Of a stretch of 64,000 nt of DNA, positions 32,802 through 42,711 are shown in pieces. The position numbers and the translations under genes are program-made. Numbering within the stretch: the first letter of the stretch is position 1; the number at the start of each line of letters is the position of its first letter. Below the pieces are notes generated by a model. That model saw only the letters and a list, made by a program, of their open reading frames with translations. It did no database searches and was not told the origin of the DNA. Source of the DNA: Pelagomonas calceolata (Eukaryota); NCBI GenBank assembly GCA_918797485.1, contig CAKKNE010000001.1, positions 3,286,001-3,350,000 of the forward strand. Reading direction: 5' to 3'.

Positions 32802-34122
32802 TGGTCTTACCTAACCTTTTGGCGAGTAGAGCCTGACCCACGGCGTTGTTGATCTTGTGCGCGCCCGTATGGGCTAATTCCTCTCTTTTAAGCCAGATCG
32901 TAGCACCTCCTACCGCTTCTGAGAGTCGTTCAGCCTTGTAGAGGGGCGTGGGACCTCCAATAAATTGTTTTCTATAAAACGCGAGCTCCTCGACGAACGC
33001 GGGGTCGGCCATCGCCTTCTCGTACTCCACTTCCAGCTCGGCGTGGGCCGCCGCCAGCGTTTCGGGGATATATCTACCTCCAAAGGCGCCGAAATGGTCC
33101 GGTAATGAGGTCTGCTTGAAGCCTGAAGCTTCGGCGGCTTTGCCCGACGGTTGACCGGGTCTCGTCGCACGCGTGGCCGCGGATAATGTCGAAACAAAGT
33201 CAGCTAGTTTGTCGGCGCGGTCCTTCGGTTTCAGGTCCGCCGTGGCGTCCATCTGGCGGATGATCGCACTTCCTACAACAACACCATCAGCGAGCGGCGC
33301 AAACGACTGGACGTTGTCCGGCGTCGAAATCCCGAACCCGACGGCCGCGGGCACGTCGCCCGCCGCCGCCCGGACGCGCTCCATGAAAGGAGTTAAATCG
33401 GCTACGGTCGCGGACTGCGTCCCGGTCACACCAGTAACACTGACGCAATACAGCATGCCGCCACCCGTCGAACGGGCCGCATCCGCGAGGTAGGACATCC
33501 GTTCGTCGGTCGTCGTCGGTGCGATCAAGGGTACGTAGCCCAGAGAGCCGCCAGGTGCTTTTTGACAGGCCTCCAACACTCCCTCGAGAGCTGCCTCCTC
33601 CGGGGGTAAATCCACAATGATAAATCCGTCCACGCCACAAGCCGCCGCATCGCTCGCGAGCTTCTCCAACCCATAAGCTCGGAAGGGGTTATAGTACCCC
33701 ATAAGTATTACAGGGGTCTCGAGACCGCTTTCCCGAGCCTTCTTCACGTAGTCCAGGCATTGGGTGAGACCCACACCCTGCTGCAGGGCGACTTCGTTGC
33801 AGACCTGGATCGTGGCGCCGTCGGCCATGGGGTCCGTAAATGGGACTCCCAATTCAATAACATCGGCACCACCTTTTTCTAGAGCTAGGAGCAAATCTAC
33901 GGTCTCTTCCTTCGCCGGGTAGCCTCCCGTCAGATAGCCGACTAACGAGGCTCTCCCATCATCTTTGGCGGAATCAAAAGCTTGCTTGAGCGCGGCGCCG
34001 CCGACGGCCGTGCGCTCGGCCGGGGCTATCGTGGCTTTTGTCGTTATACTTGTTTTGGGCGCGCGCGGCGCGAGCAGGGCGTGCACGCCCGCGACGCAGA
34101 GGAACGCTCTCCTCAGGACCAT
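31861..34122 (-). CDS. trpAB: Fused tryptophan synthase alpha-beta with targeting presequence
   Basis: Alpha motif [14 protein letters not shown]; beta motifs [25 protein letters not shown] and [16 protein letters not shown]. Confidence 0.97.
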
Positions 34123-34584
34123 GGCGCTTTGCAATCCGCTCTCTGCAGCAACCTCTCTGAGAGCTCTACGTGCAAAGCGACTGAGAGCTTATCGCTGGTG
34201 TGCAGCGCGCTTGCTGCCGTAAAATGAGTGTTGCTCGGCACCGATGCTTCGCTTTACGTTACGGCGTGCCAGCAGTGCGTGCCCTCGCCACACAGCAAGT
34301 ACAAAGAGGTCTGCTCGCTCGCTGGCGTTGCGGACCTTTCACACCCTTCTGCCGCTCTCGACTCGTGCAATGAGCCGTACGAAAGGAGGAGTGGCGCTTC
34401 ACTCTAGCGCACATGGATACTAGGATGAGCTCCTGCCCAGCTTAGCACAAGCCAGCGAGCGCGCCAACGTCGAGACTGCGCAAGTTGTGAACCTGTGCAT
34501 CGCAGCACGAGTGCGCGCAACTTCCATTGCTGCATCAATTTCCAGCGTAGGAGCTGCAACAAAGCAGTGCTGCAGGCTGCAGCA

Positions 34585-35805
34585 ATGGCTGAGACGCCGC
34601 AACAAGACGACGACCCCTGGCGCCGCCTCCAACCAAAACGAGCGCACGTCGTCTGCGCGACGGACGAGGCATTGATAAGCGTCGACCTCGACGGCTACCA
34701 GCCGCGCGCGTCGCTGTCCATCCCAGCACAACCCGCATCCATCACGGCGAACGGCGGTTTAGTAATAGCATCCATGGCGAAGGATGCAAGTATCGCGGGC
34801 GGGCCCCTCGGCAAGAACGCTCCACAACTTAACTCTCGTGTCCCTGAGAAGTTATCGTCGATAACGGTGACGCCGGACGGGCTCTGGCTTTGTGGGGGCG
34901 GCGCGGCGTCGGGCCGATTATATCTCTGGGAGCTCTGGAGTGGAAGACTAGCGAGAAGGTGGGAGGGCCACTTCCGCGGCGTCACCGCTCTTTGTGTAGA
35001 CGAGCGGGGCGAGCACGTGGTCAGTGGCGGCGGCGACGGCTTGGTCAGGCCCTGGTGCCTATCAATAGCGTGCGACGCGGAGCGGTGCCGCGGCCCGCGC
35101 GACGCCTTTGCGCCTTTGTATGATGATTGGAGCGACCACACGTTACCAGTCGTTGGTATCGTGTTACAGGGCGGGCGGTGCTGGTCCGTCTCCAGCGATA
35201 GGACTCTGTGCGGCCGCGAATTATATGGAGGGCGCAAGGTCTTCCAGGCGTCGCTCGCCGGGGCGCCGTCGTGTCTGGCTCTCGACGCGCTCGACTCGTT
35301 CGCGTTGGTGGGCACGGCCGAGGGTCCGATTCTCCGGGTAGATCTGGACGCCTGGGCGCACGCCCTGACCAAGCGCGAGGAGCCCTCTCTCAACATAGCG
35401 ACCTACGACGGCCACTCCCAAAAAGTCGTGGGCGTCGTCGCTTCCAATGAAACTCAATTCGTGAGCGCGTCGCAGGACGGCACGCTCCGGGTCTGGGACG
35501 TCGCCGCGCGCCGCGAGGTCCGGCGGGTCGAGGTCGCGCCCGGCGCGCCGCCGCTGCGGAGCCTGGCGCCTTTGCCGAGCGCGACTGCGCCGCCCGTCGC
35601 ATCTATCTTAAAGCGGGACGCCGACGAGGCGCCGGATGACGTTCCCTGCGCGCTGCTGCGGCCGCGCGCGCGCGTTTCGGAACCCGCGTCCGTCGACGCG
35701 GCCGCCCTGCGCGCGCGCGCCGACGCCGCGCGGCGCGACGCGCAGCGGTGGGCCGCGGTCGCCGAGGCGCTGTGGGAGGCGGCGCCGATGGATGATGCTT
35801 CTTAA
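34585..35805 (+). CDS. WDR18: WD40 protein, WDR18/Ipi3-like
   Basis: SGRLYLWELWSGRLARRWEGHFRGVT and WSDHTLPV motifs, C-terminal coiled coil. Confidence 0.7.
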   Translation: MAETPQQDDDPWRRLQPKRAHVVCATDEALISVDLDGYQPRASLSIPAQPASITANGGLVIASMAKDASIAGGPLGKNAPQLNSRVPEKLSSITVTPDGLWLCGGGAASGRLYLWELWSGRLARRWEGHFRGVTALCVDERGEHVVSGGGDGLVRPWCLSIACDAERCRGPRDAFAPLYDDWSDHTLPVVGIVLQGGRCWSVSSDRTLCGRELYGGRKVFQASLAGAPSCLALDALDSFALVGTAEGPILRVDLDAWAHALTKREEPSLNIATYDGHSQKVVGVVASNETQFVSASQDGTLRVWDVAARREVRRVEVAPGAPPLRSLAPLPSATAPPVASILKRDADEAPDDVPCALLRPRARVSEPASVDAAALRARADAARRDAQRWAAVAEALWEAAPMDDAS

Positions 35806-35907
35806 ATTCGTTGTGTACTTATGAAACCTCTGGATGCGGCGGGGCAATTCGTGTCTACTGTCACGCGTCGAGCAGGCGCTTGAAGAAGTGCTTGAAGAGC
35901 GTGGGGT

Positions 35908-36168
35908 TAACATATCCCGTCGATTTTTAGGGTGTTTGCCGTTTTTAGCTCTCTTGGAGATTAGGCGTTTTCAAGAGATTCAGGCTAAATCTATTTTTCC
36001 GCTTTAAAATTAATCCATTTTGGCTTACGATTTTGCGTTTTGTGTCTGCGCGTTGTCGTCTACCCTTTTAAAGGGAAAGCGGGTTTTTTGAGTTTGGGCC
36101 GAGTGCCCCGTTTGAGGTCTCCCTAAGTGAAAGTGCCGTATAACATATCCCGTCGACGGGATATGTTA
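35908..36168. mobile_element. MITE-like element with TA flanks and 14-bp TIRs
   Basis: TA-ACATATCCCGTCGA ... TCGACGGGATATGT-TA with an AT-rich interior. The right end is a perfect 28-bp palindrome (36141-36168). Confidence 0.6.
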
Positions 36169-37906
36169 GGGTTCGCGATCGCGTCGGCGGGGACCATCTC
36201 GGCGTCCGTATCCGCACTGAGCCACTCGAGTGAGACCACATTTCCATCTTCATCGTAGATGATCTCGACGGACCTGGCAACGTCGGCGATAAGGACGGCG
36301 CCGAAGCGGACGACGCCAATGACAATGACGGCGCCGACGGCCACGACGGCCACGACGACGATGTAGTACAGGATGTTTCTTGCGGGTTCGAGCCACGCTT
36401 CACGACGAGCCATCCGCTCGTCCCCCTCATGCCACTCTTGCCATCGTTCCCGCTCCTCTCGCTCCTCTTGCTCCCGACGCGCCTCTTTTTTCCTCTTGAC
36501 GCGTTCCTCTTCGGCGCGCTCGCGCTCCTCTGCCGCCGCTCGCTCGTCGCCCGACGGGTCCGGGAAGACCCTAGCCACAATCGCGCCGTCGTCCTCCATG
36601 ACGACCTCGCCGGCACCGGTGTCGATCTTCGTCACGTAAATACTGACAGGCTTGCCGTCGTCCATGGTCTTGGCCGGCGCCCAGGACTTGCCCTCCTTGA
36701 GGATGAGGACCATCTCGGCCATCTCTACGGACTCTACTTCATATGAACTGCGCGACGTCGGTCGCAACGTCAGCTCGGTGCCGTCCAATGAGAAACCAGA
36801 ACCTCGTACAATGAGTCGTTTCGTGAGCGTCGCGTAGATCTTGCGCTCCGAGGCCTCGATGGTCGGGTCCGCGAGCACCGTCGCCACCACGATGCCCGGG
36901 CCCCAACCGTTGGCGAGTTCCACGGGCGCATCAGAACCGCACTGGATCGACATGAGATATAAGGGCCCGGCCTTGTAGCGCCACTTCTTGTGCGGCTTTT
37001 GGGTTAATGAGAGTTTCTCCGAGGTAGCCCTGGTAATAGAGTAGTCGACACCATCGGTCAAAGGAGGCTGGAACGCTAATGAGGGTCGCTGGCAGAACGA
37101 ACTACCTTGAATCTCGAGCTTGCGGATGGCCGCCTGCGTTGGGGAGACGCGTCGATGGCTTAGGGGTGGGCAATGCGTCCACCGCCACGCCATCGATGCG
37201 ACGATGCCGCGACCGCGTCGAAGGTTCAGACACCGTAGAAAACAGTCTGGTAGAGGATTTGGACCTTTGCCCGGAGAACGACGGGCTGGTCCGCCGCTTT
37301 TTCGCAATGTTGGCCGCTCCAGGCTTCCTGGCAGCGGCAGACAGGGCTCGGGTCGGGCGCCGGCGCCCAGCTCGGCCCGGCGGTCTCCTCGGGCTCAGGC
37401 TCAGGTTCCGGCTCAGGCTCAGGTTCGGGTGCAGGCGCAGGTTCGGGTTCAGGCTCAGGCTCGGGCTCAGGCTCTGGTTCGGGCAATATCGACGCTCCTG
37501 TGTTCAGTTTGCGTCGCCACGCGTCCTTTGGTGGCGACGCAAAGACGTGCTCGACTTGTTCCGCCACCTCGTGCTCGCGCTGCTGCCGTTCGGCATCTTC
37601 GCGCTTTTTGTTGGCTCGTTTCCTTGCCTCCTCTTCGTCCCGCCGCACGCACGTGCCGTGGCCGTTGCAGGGGGGGCGCCCGCAGGGGTAGAGTCTGCCG
37701 TAGATAAGCGCCGGCCCGGAGATATCCAGATTCCTCAACCCATGGAAACTCCCGAAGACCAAGACAGAAATGAATGCGGCGAGCGCGTACCACGGCACGC
37801 GTCGCGTCAATGCGCGGCTGACGCGGACTGGCGGCGCCTGCTTTCTTTCCAGCTTCGCCCCCCTCGGCGGGCGACGCATCGTGCACCTCTGCGCTGGGCC
37901 ACTCAA
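36123..37906 (-). CDS. Membrane protein with split EGF-like domain, PE repeats and beta-rich repeats, 2 exons
   Basis: Two ORFs joined by an intron at about 37243-37134 (donor uncertain) that carries the intron motif; TMs at both ends. Confidence 0.55.
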
Positions 37907-38364
37907 CGACTCTCCCTCTTAGCGAGTCGTGAGCGCTCGCTGACTTGTGGCACGCGGCCACAGACCGGGCACGCGAAGTTCAGACGATCACACCGCCTAC
38001 GCGCTGCATCGACGCTAACATTACGTCGTCGCTGGACCGGGCTCGAGGCACGCACGCAATCACAGCTCCGGGCGACGCCGTGCTCGTCCCGTCGCGTCAC
38101 CGACGTGAGCGCTCTCAGAGGCCGGCACTTTCCTATACGGGCGTGAGATTAGGGTCCGGGGAGTCGCCTGAAGCTGCCCCAGGCTCGGCGGCGGGGCTGC
38201 TGGGCATGCGCAGGCTGGGGTTTTGACTCCTCACTAGTGACTCTTATAGATCTAGATCGCGCGGATTGCCGGAGGCGGTTCTGCTTAGAAGGAGGTACGC
38301 TGTTATGAAAGAAGCGGCCCGCGCCCGCCGCCGATGAATCGGCGACGCGCGGTGTCTCCCCCCC

Positions 38365-38405
38365 AGGGGCTCCGCCCACTAGTCCTAGCACCGTAACATC
38401 GACTA
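38365..38405 (+). repeat. Dispersed repeat, identical 41 bp at 40641-40681
   Basis: AGGGGCTCCGCCCACTAGTCCTAGCACCGTAACATCGACTA; partial copies at 3765-3783 (-), 26339-26357 and about 49692-49706. Confidence 0.85.
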
Positions 38406-38504
38406 TACGCGGAGCATGGCGCCGTCGACGACGCGGCCCCAGCAACCTCGAGAGACAAGCTAGAAACCGAGAGAAACTTACGCGCGCAACCCGACGGAAG
38501 ACCT

Positions 38505-39440
38505 CTACTTCGGCAGGTCAGTAGGCGCGTCGCGGAGCGGCGCCTGCTTGTAGAAGTAGGCCGCGACGAGGCAGAACATGAGGCAGGCGATCCCAAACGG
38601 CGACGCGTGCTTGTCCCACAGCGACACGTTGATGCCGATACTGACCACTTTGCACACGTTGCCGAGGATCGTAAATAAGGTAGCCGACACGAGTGAGCGA
38701 GCCAGCCAGGCGTAGTAGGACATGGCCGTCCCCAACACCACGGTCACCATGACCACCATCAACGCTTCGGTGGATGCGTTCTGGATGGCCTCCTGTTCTC
38801 CGAGCGCCATGAAGAATAATGGGAGAGAAGCCAGCAGATTCGAGTAGAGCACCCTACCCCAGTTCGACTCCATCTTCACGGTGGACGTGACGTGCTTCAG
38901 GTAGATCTGGTCCATGCAAAATATGAAGTACCATAAACCACAAAACATGTAGCCCCTTACCACATAAGCTGCATCGGTTAATGCGTAGCCCATGGCTCCT
39001 AGCAAGAGCATGACGAGGCACAACCAGCTACGAGCGGAGGGTAGGTGTCTTCCCAGAAATATATAGTCTGCTATCGAGATGCACAGCGGCGTCGAGAACC
39101 GAAAAATCATGAACGTCTCGACGTTGGCGTACTCCAGCGATTTGATGTTCGTGAAGATCGTCGCGCAGAAGATCAGCGCCACGGGGAAGAAGGCTCTCAA
39201 TTTATCGTACTCGAGCGCATCGAGATGAGAAATGAGCCCACCCATGTGCGCCGTTTTCACGGCGACGGCCGTCCCAAACAACTGGGCCCAGAGGATGAAG
39301 GAGGGCGCGGGCAATTTGTGCACCGCGTACTTGTTGCCAATTAACAGTGTCGCGGAGCACATCATGTAGCCGCCTACCGCCCATAATGTTTTAGCGGCGG
39401 AGGTCTGGGGGGGCATGGCTGCGGGCGTGTCTGTGGGCAT
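38505..39440 (-). CDS. Nucleotide-sugar (GDP-mannose/fucose-type) transporter
   Basis: About 10 TMs; NIKSLEYANVETFMIFR, LYSNLLA and SATLFTILGNVCK motifs. Confidence 0.85.
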   Translation of the reverse strand: MPTDTPAAMPPQTSAAKTLWAVGGYMMCSATLLIGNKYAVHKLPAPSFILWAQLFGTAVAVKTAHMGGLISHLDALEYDKLRAFFPVALIFCATIFTNIKSLEYANVETFMIFRFSTPLCISIADYIFLGRHLPSARSWLCLVMLLLGAMGYALTDAAYVVRGYMFCGLWYFIFCMDQIYLKHVTSTVKMESNWGRVLYSNLLASLPLFFMALGEQEAIQNASTEALMVVMVTVVLGTAMSYYAWLARSLVSATLFTILGNVCKVVSIGINVSLWDKHASPFGIACLMFCLVAAYFYKQAPLRDAPTDLPK

Positions 39441-39862
39441 TCACGGTTGGCAGGTTGTGTGGTGGTGTGGGCGCCGCGGCGGCTCGTGCGCGCAGCCTAT
39501 TGGTGTCGGGAGTTTTGCCCTCTGGTGTCCACAAAAAGGAGCCGGGCGGGCGCAGTTGTTGCGAGCGATGTCGCAGCAATTGGCCGCTTCTTCGACGGCG
39601 TTATGGCAGCCTGGGTTAGTCCCGTGCCGAAACAAAACTTGGAATCGAAAAAATTGGTGGGGCTAGCGTCCTTGTAAGACACTAGCCAGACTTACTAGCC
39701 TTACTAGCCTTTGATTTTAGCATTAATCTTCGCAATCTGCACCTCAAAAGGCTGCCCGCTTACTCTTGAAACATCAGGCAGGGGGACGCCGTACTCCACG
39801 GGGAGATCGTCGCCGCGGAGAGTGGAGCGACGAGGCGTTCGCCCGGTCGCGGCACCCACACG

Positions 39863-40492
39863 ATGCAGCCCCAGGTTCCGCCGGGCTTCTCTCCAGAACT
39901 TGAGGGAGAAGGAGAGTCCAATGCTGCCCATGTCGTCGAGGGAACCGTCGTCGAGGGAACAGTCGTTCAGCCGCCCTCCCAGCCCGTAACAGTCATGTCG
40001 GACAAGGCCGCAAAGCTGAAGGAGTTAAAGGAGCTGCTCGACTCCGGCGTGCTGACGCAAGCAGAGTTCGACGCGGAGAAGGCGAAAGTCCTGGCTGGCA
40101 GCGCCCCTGTCGCTCCCGCTGCCCCTCAAGCTATGGTTCGCGGTCAGGCACAGGTGCAAGTGTCACCCGGCGCCATTCCGTGCCCCACCAATCCCGCGGC
40201 GACAGGCCCCTACACCGAGAAGTGGCACGGTCCGAATACCCAAATGGCGAGGACACTTATGTTTTTCGGAGGGTGCTGGCTCTGCTGCTGTTTGATCGCA
40301 GCCGGACCCGGTCTCGATGACCGCCAGGTATGGACCGGCCCCGCCGGAGAGAAGTACTTGTACCCGACGGGTGAGCTGCTTCCGGCGGGTGGTGGTGTCC
40401 ATCATGGGCATCCTATCACCATTGGCCAAGGTCAAAATTTTATTGTCGTCGAGCACCGTGGACGGCGTGGAGGTAGACGTGGCCGCCGGTAA
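39863..40492 (+). CDS. SHOCT-domain protein with Cys-rich hydrophobic segment
   Basis: LKELKELLDSGVLTQAEFDAEKAKVL (SHOCT) and GCWLCCCLIA. Confidence 0.7.
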   Translation: MQPQVPPGFSPELEGEGESNAAHVVEGTVVEGTVVQPPSQPVTVMSDKAAKLKELKELLDSGVLTQAEFDAEKAKVLAGSAPVAPAAPQAMVRGQAQVQVSPGAIPCPTNPAATGPYTEKWHGPNTQMARTLMFFGGCWLCCCLIAAGPGLDDRQVWTGPAGEKYLYPTGELLPAGGGVHHGHPITIGQGQNFIVVEHRGRRGGRRGRR

Positions 40493-40729
40493 ATAACCGT
40501 CGACCTCGACGACGCGCCACGAGCCCGCTCGAGCTACCAAGGGTGGAGCTACCACAGAGCTGGGTTTTGGGGGCGCTAGCGCCTTGGGGATCGAGCTAAA
40601 AACACCCGTCGGTAGGCCCGTAGTATGGGTACTTCGTCAAAGGGGCTCCGCCCACTAGTCCTAGCACCGTAACATCGACTACGCCAGTCGTCGCAATAAA
40701 GGTAGAACACAAGGTCACTTACACACAAA

Positions 40730-42241
40730 CTACTCCGTGATGTAGTTCCGCCCGTCGTAGTTGTTGTCCAGCGGCGAGACCCGGTCGCGCTTCTCGATCA
40801 ATTCTTGGGAAGCCACGTCGCGCCACGGTCTATAGATACTATAAGGCTCGTCGCCGCCATACAACTCATAAAGCGCACCGTAACACGTGTCGAGCGCATC
40901 ACATAAAGCACCAGAAAATTTAAAGTCGAGGACCTCTCGGGTACATTCTCCGTAGAGTTTATCAGCGACAGCCGCATAATTGCGAGAATGAACAGCGGTA
41001 TCCGTCAAGGTGATGGTGGGCGAATCGACGTTCTGCGTTTCGTGCGACCAGCCCCGCCCATAGTAGAGCACCTCGCCCGGCCCTACAACACCCTCGAAGC
41101 ATTTCGACGAAGACTCGTTCGATAACGTACCACAGACATACCACCACTTCCTACCGGATACCGTCAGGTGCCACGACGACGTCTGTAGACTGTCCGAGTG
41201 GTTGAACATGCCCGCACCTCTCGCTCCCACGAGCAATATCTTCCAGTGCGTCTTCAGGTGGTACTCGGCTGCTACGGCGTCGTCGGGGTATCCTAAGCAT
41301 GATCGTAGCCAGGCGTCGTTCTCGAGGTGAACATGTCTCTCGACAGGTATGTCGCTTTTCTCAAGCTCGAGCCACTGCGCCGGTGTTAACTGAAGGTGCA
41401 TGTACCTCCCTTCCAAAGCCCCACCTTTGGTCTCATACCTAAACTTCGACTCCTGGGTCCTTGGATCTACTTTCAACTCCTCGACCGCTGTTGATAATCG
41501 AGTTAAATACGGCGACTGCCTGCTATGACTGAGCATGTTGTGCGGGTAGAAGTCCGTCACTGCCTTAGGCCACCTTCGTGCGAGTTCTTCTAACCATGAC
41601 CAGCCGTCCTTCGCCTTCTCTACGATCGGCCAATCAGCTGCTCCTAGTAGGATGAACGGGTCTCTTCGTTCCAGAAAGTGTTGGTACTGATCAAGATCGT
41701 TCACGTGGATTCTAGGTAAATCAATACCAGGTTCCACGGGCACGCGATGTAACAGTAAACCGTCCCTATCGGAACCGTCATTACGCTTGAGCCAAGAATC
41801 ATCATGTGCCGGCGGTGGTGCCCCGCACATCTGCGGGTCCGCCTCTAAGACCTCTTCTTGGTCAAAAGGCACGTGCTCAATCTCAAAGTTCGTCATGAGG
41901 TGGCCCCAGTTCTCTCCATATAATCGCTGGTCCTCGTCGTCCTGGACCAATTCTCCACCTCTCCGCATCGCGTCTCTTGAAAGTCCATACAGCTCGACCT
42001 TGCGCGCTCGATGAGCAGACGCGCTCGCCATGCGCATGTAGCACACGCCCAAGTTGACGAGGGTCGAGGTCGTCGGTGTAAATCTAGCTGCGGCCTCGAA
42101 CGCGCGCCGCGAGTCGGCCCTTCTCCCTTCGCCGTCAAACCGGATGGCCATGGACGTGTGCGGCGCGTCGGGATCGTTGAAATCATAAGCTAGCGTTACG
42201 GCGACGAGCAATAGGACACGCATCGCTGCGGCGCCGCGCAT
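40730..42241 (-). CDS. Secreted TPR + JmjC-domain protein
   Basis: Signal peptide MRVLLLVAVTLA; HSD...GRKWW...PGEVLYYGRGWSHETQN JmjC motif. True start is likely 42241 or 42223. Confidence 0.75.
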   Translation of the reverse strand: MRGAAAMRVLLLVAVTLAYDFNDPDAPHTSMAIRFDGEGRRADSRRAFEAAARFTPTTSTLVNLGVCYMRMASASAHRARKVELYGLSRDAMRRGGELVQDDEDQRLYGENWGHLMTNFEIEHVPFDQEEVLEADPQMCGAPPPAHDDSWLKRNDGSDRDGLLLHRVPVEPGIDLPRIHVNDLDQYQHFLERRDPFILLGAADWPIVEKAKDGWSWLEELARRWPKAVTDFYPHNMLSHSRQSPYLTRLSTAVEELKVDPRTQESKFRYETKGGALEGRYMHLQLTPAQWLELEKSDIPVERHVHLENDAWLRSCLGYPDDAVAAEYHLKTHWKILLVGARGAGMFNHSDSLQTSSWHLTVSGRKWWYVCGTLSNESSSKCFEGVVGPGEVLYYGRGWSHETQNVDSPTITLTDTAVHSRNYAAVADKLYGECTREVLDFKFSGALCDALDTCYGALYELYGGDEPYSIYRPWRDVASQELIEKRDRVSPLDNNYDGRNYITE

Positions 42242-42711
42242 CGCGCTGCTGTGGGAACCACTGTGGGAACCACCACTGCTCTCCTGAGCCGCTATCGGCC
42301 GCACCGCTGGAACTGCGTCGGCAGGCGTTGCTAAGGGGTCTGTAGATGCTGTCTCGCTGCGAAACGACGAGTCGTATGGGTCTAACGCGGCAGCAGCGCC
42401 CGCAATAGACTCAGGCTCCAGCTGGAGATGCAACCCGCGAGATAGCAGGTACCCTCTTCCAGCCCCACCAGGCACGGGTCTTCGGGGTCTTCGACCTCCA
42501 GGTGTCCCCGAGCGGCATGCGCTTCCGTGCGGGTGCCGACCCGTACCTGGACAAACAACCAGGGCGCGAGAGCGGGTAGCTGCCCTCGGGCTGCAGCCCC
42601 CGACGATCGCTCGGCGCGCATCGATTGAACGGGAGACGAATCGCATCGGGCCGGCACGAATCGATTGTCGGGCAGCAGATCGATTGGACGAATCGATTGG
42701 CAGGCAAAACC

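Noticed and set aside
31861..34122. TrpA-TrpB fusion as a novelty
   Set aside because: Alpha-beta fusions are already known in fungi and stramenopiles.
35926..36171. Telomere-like TTTAGGG/TTAGGG
   Set aside because: Single isolated units, not an array.
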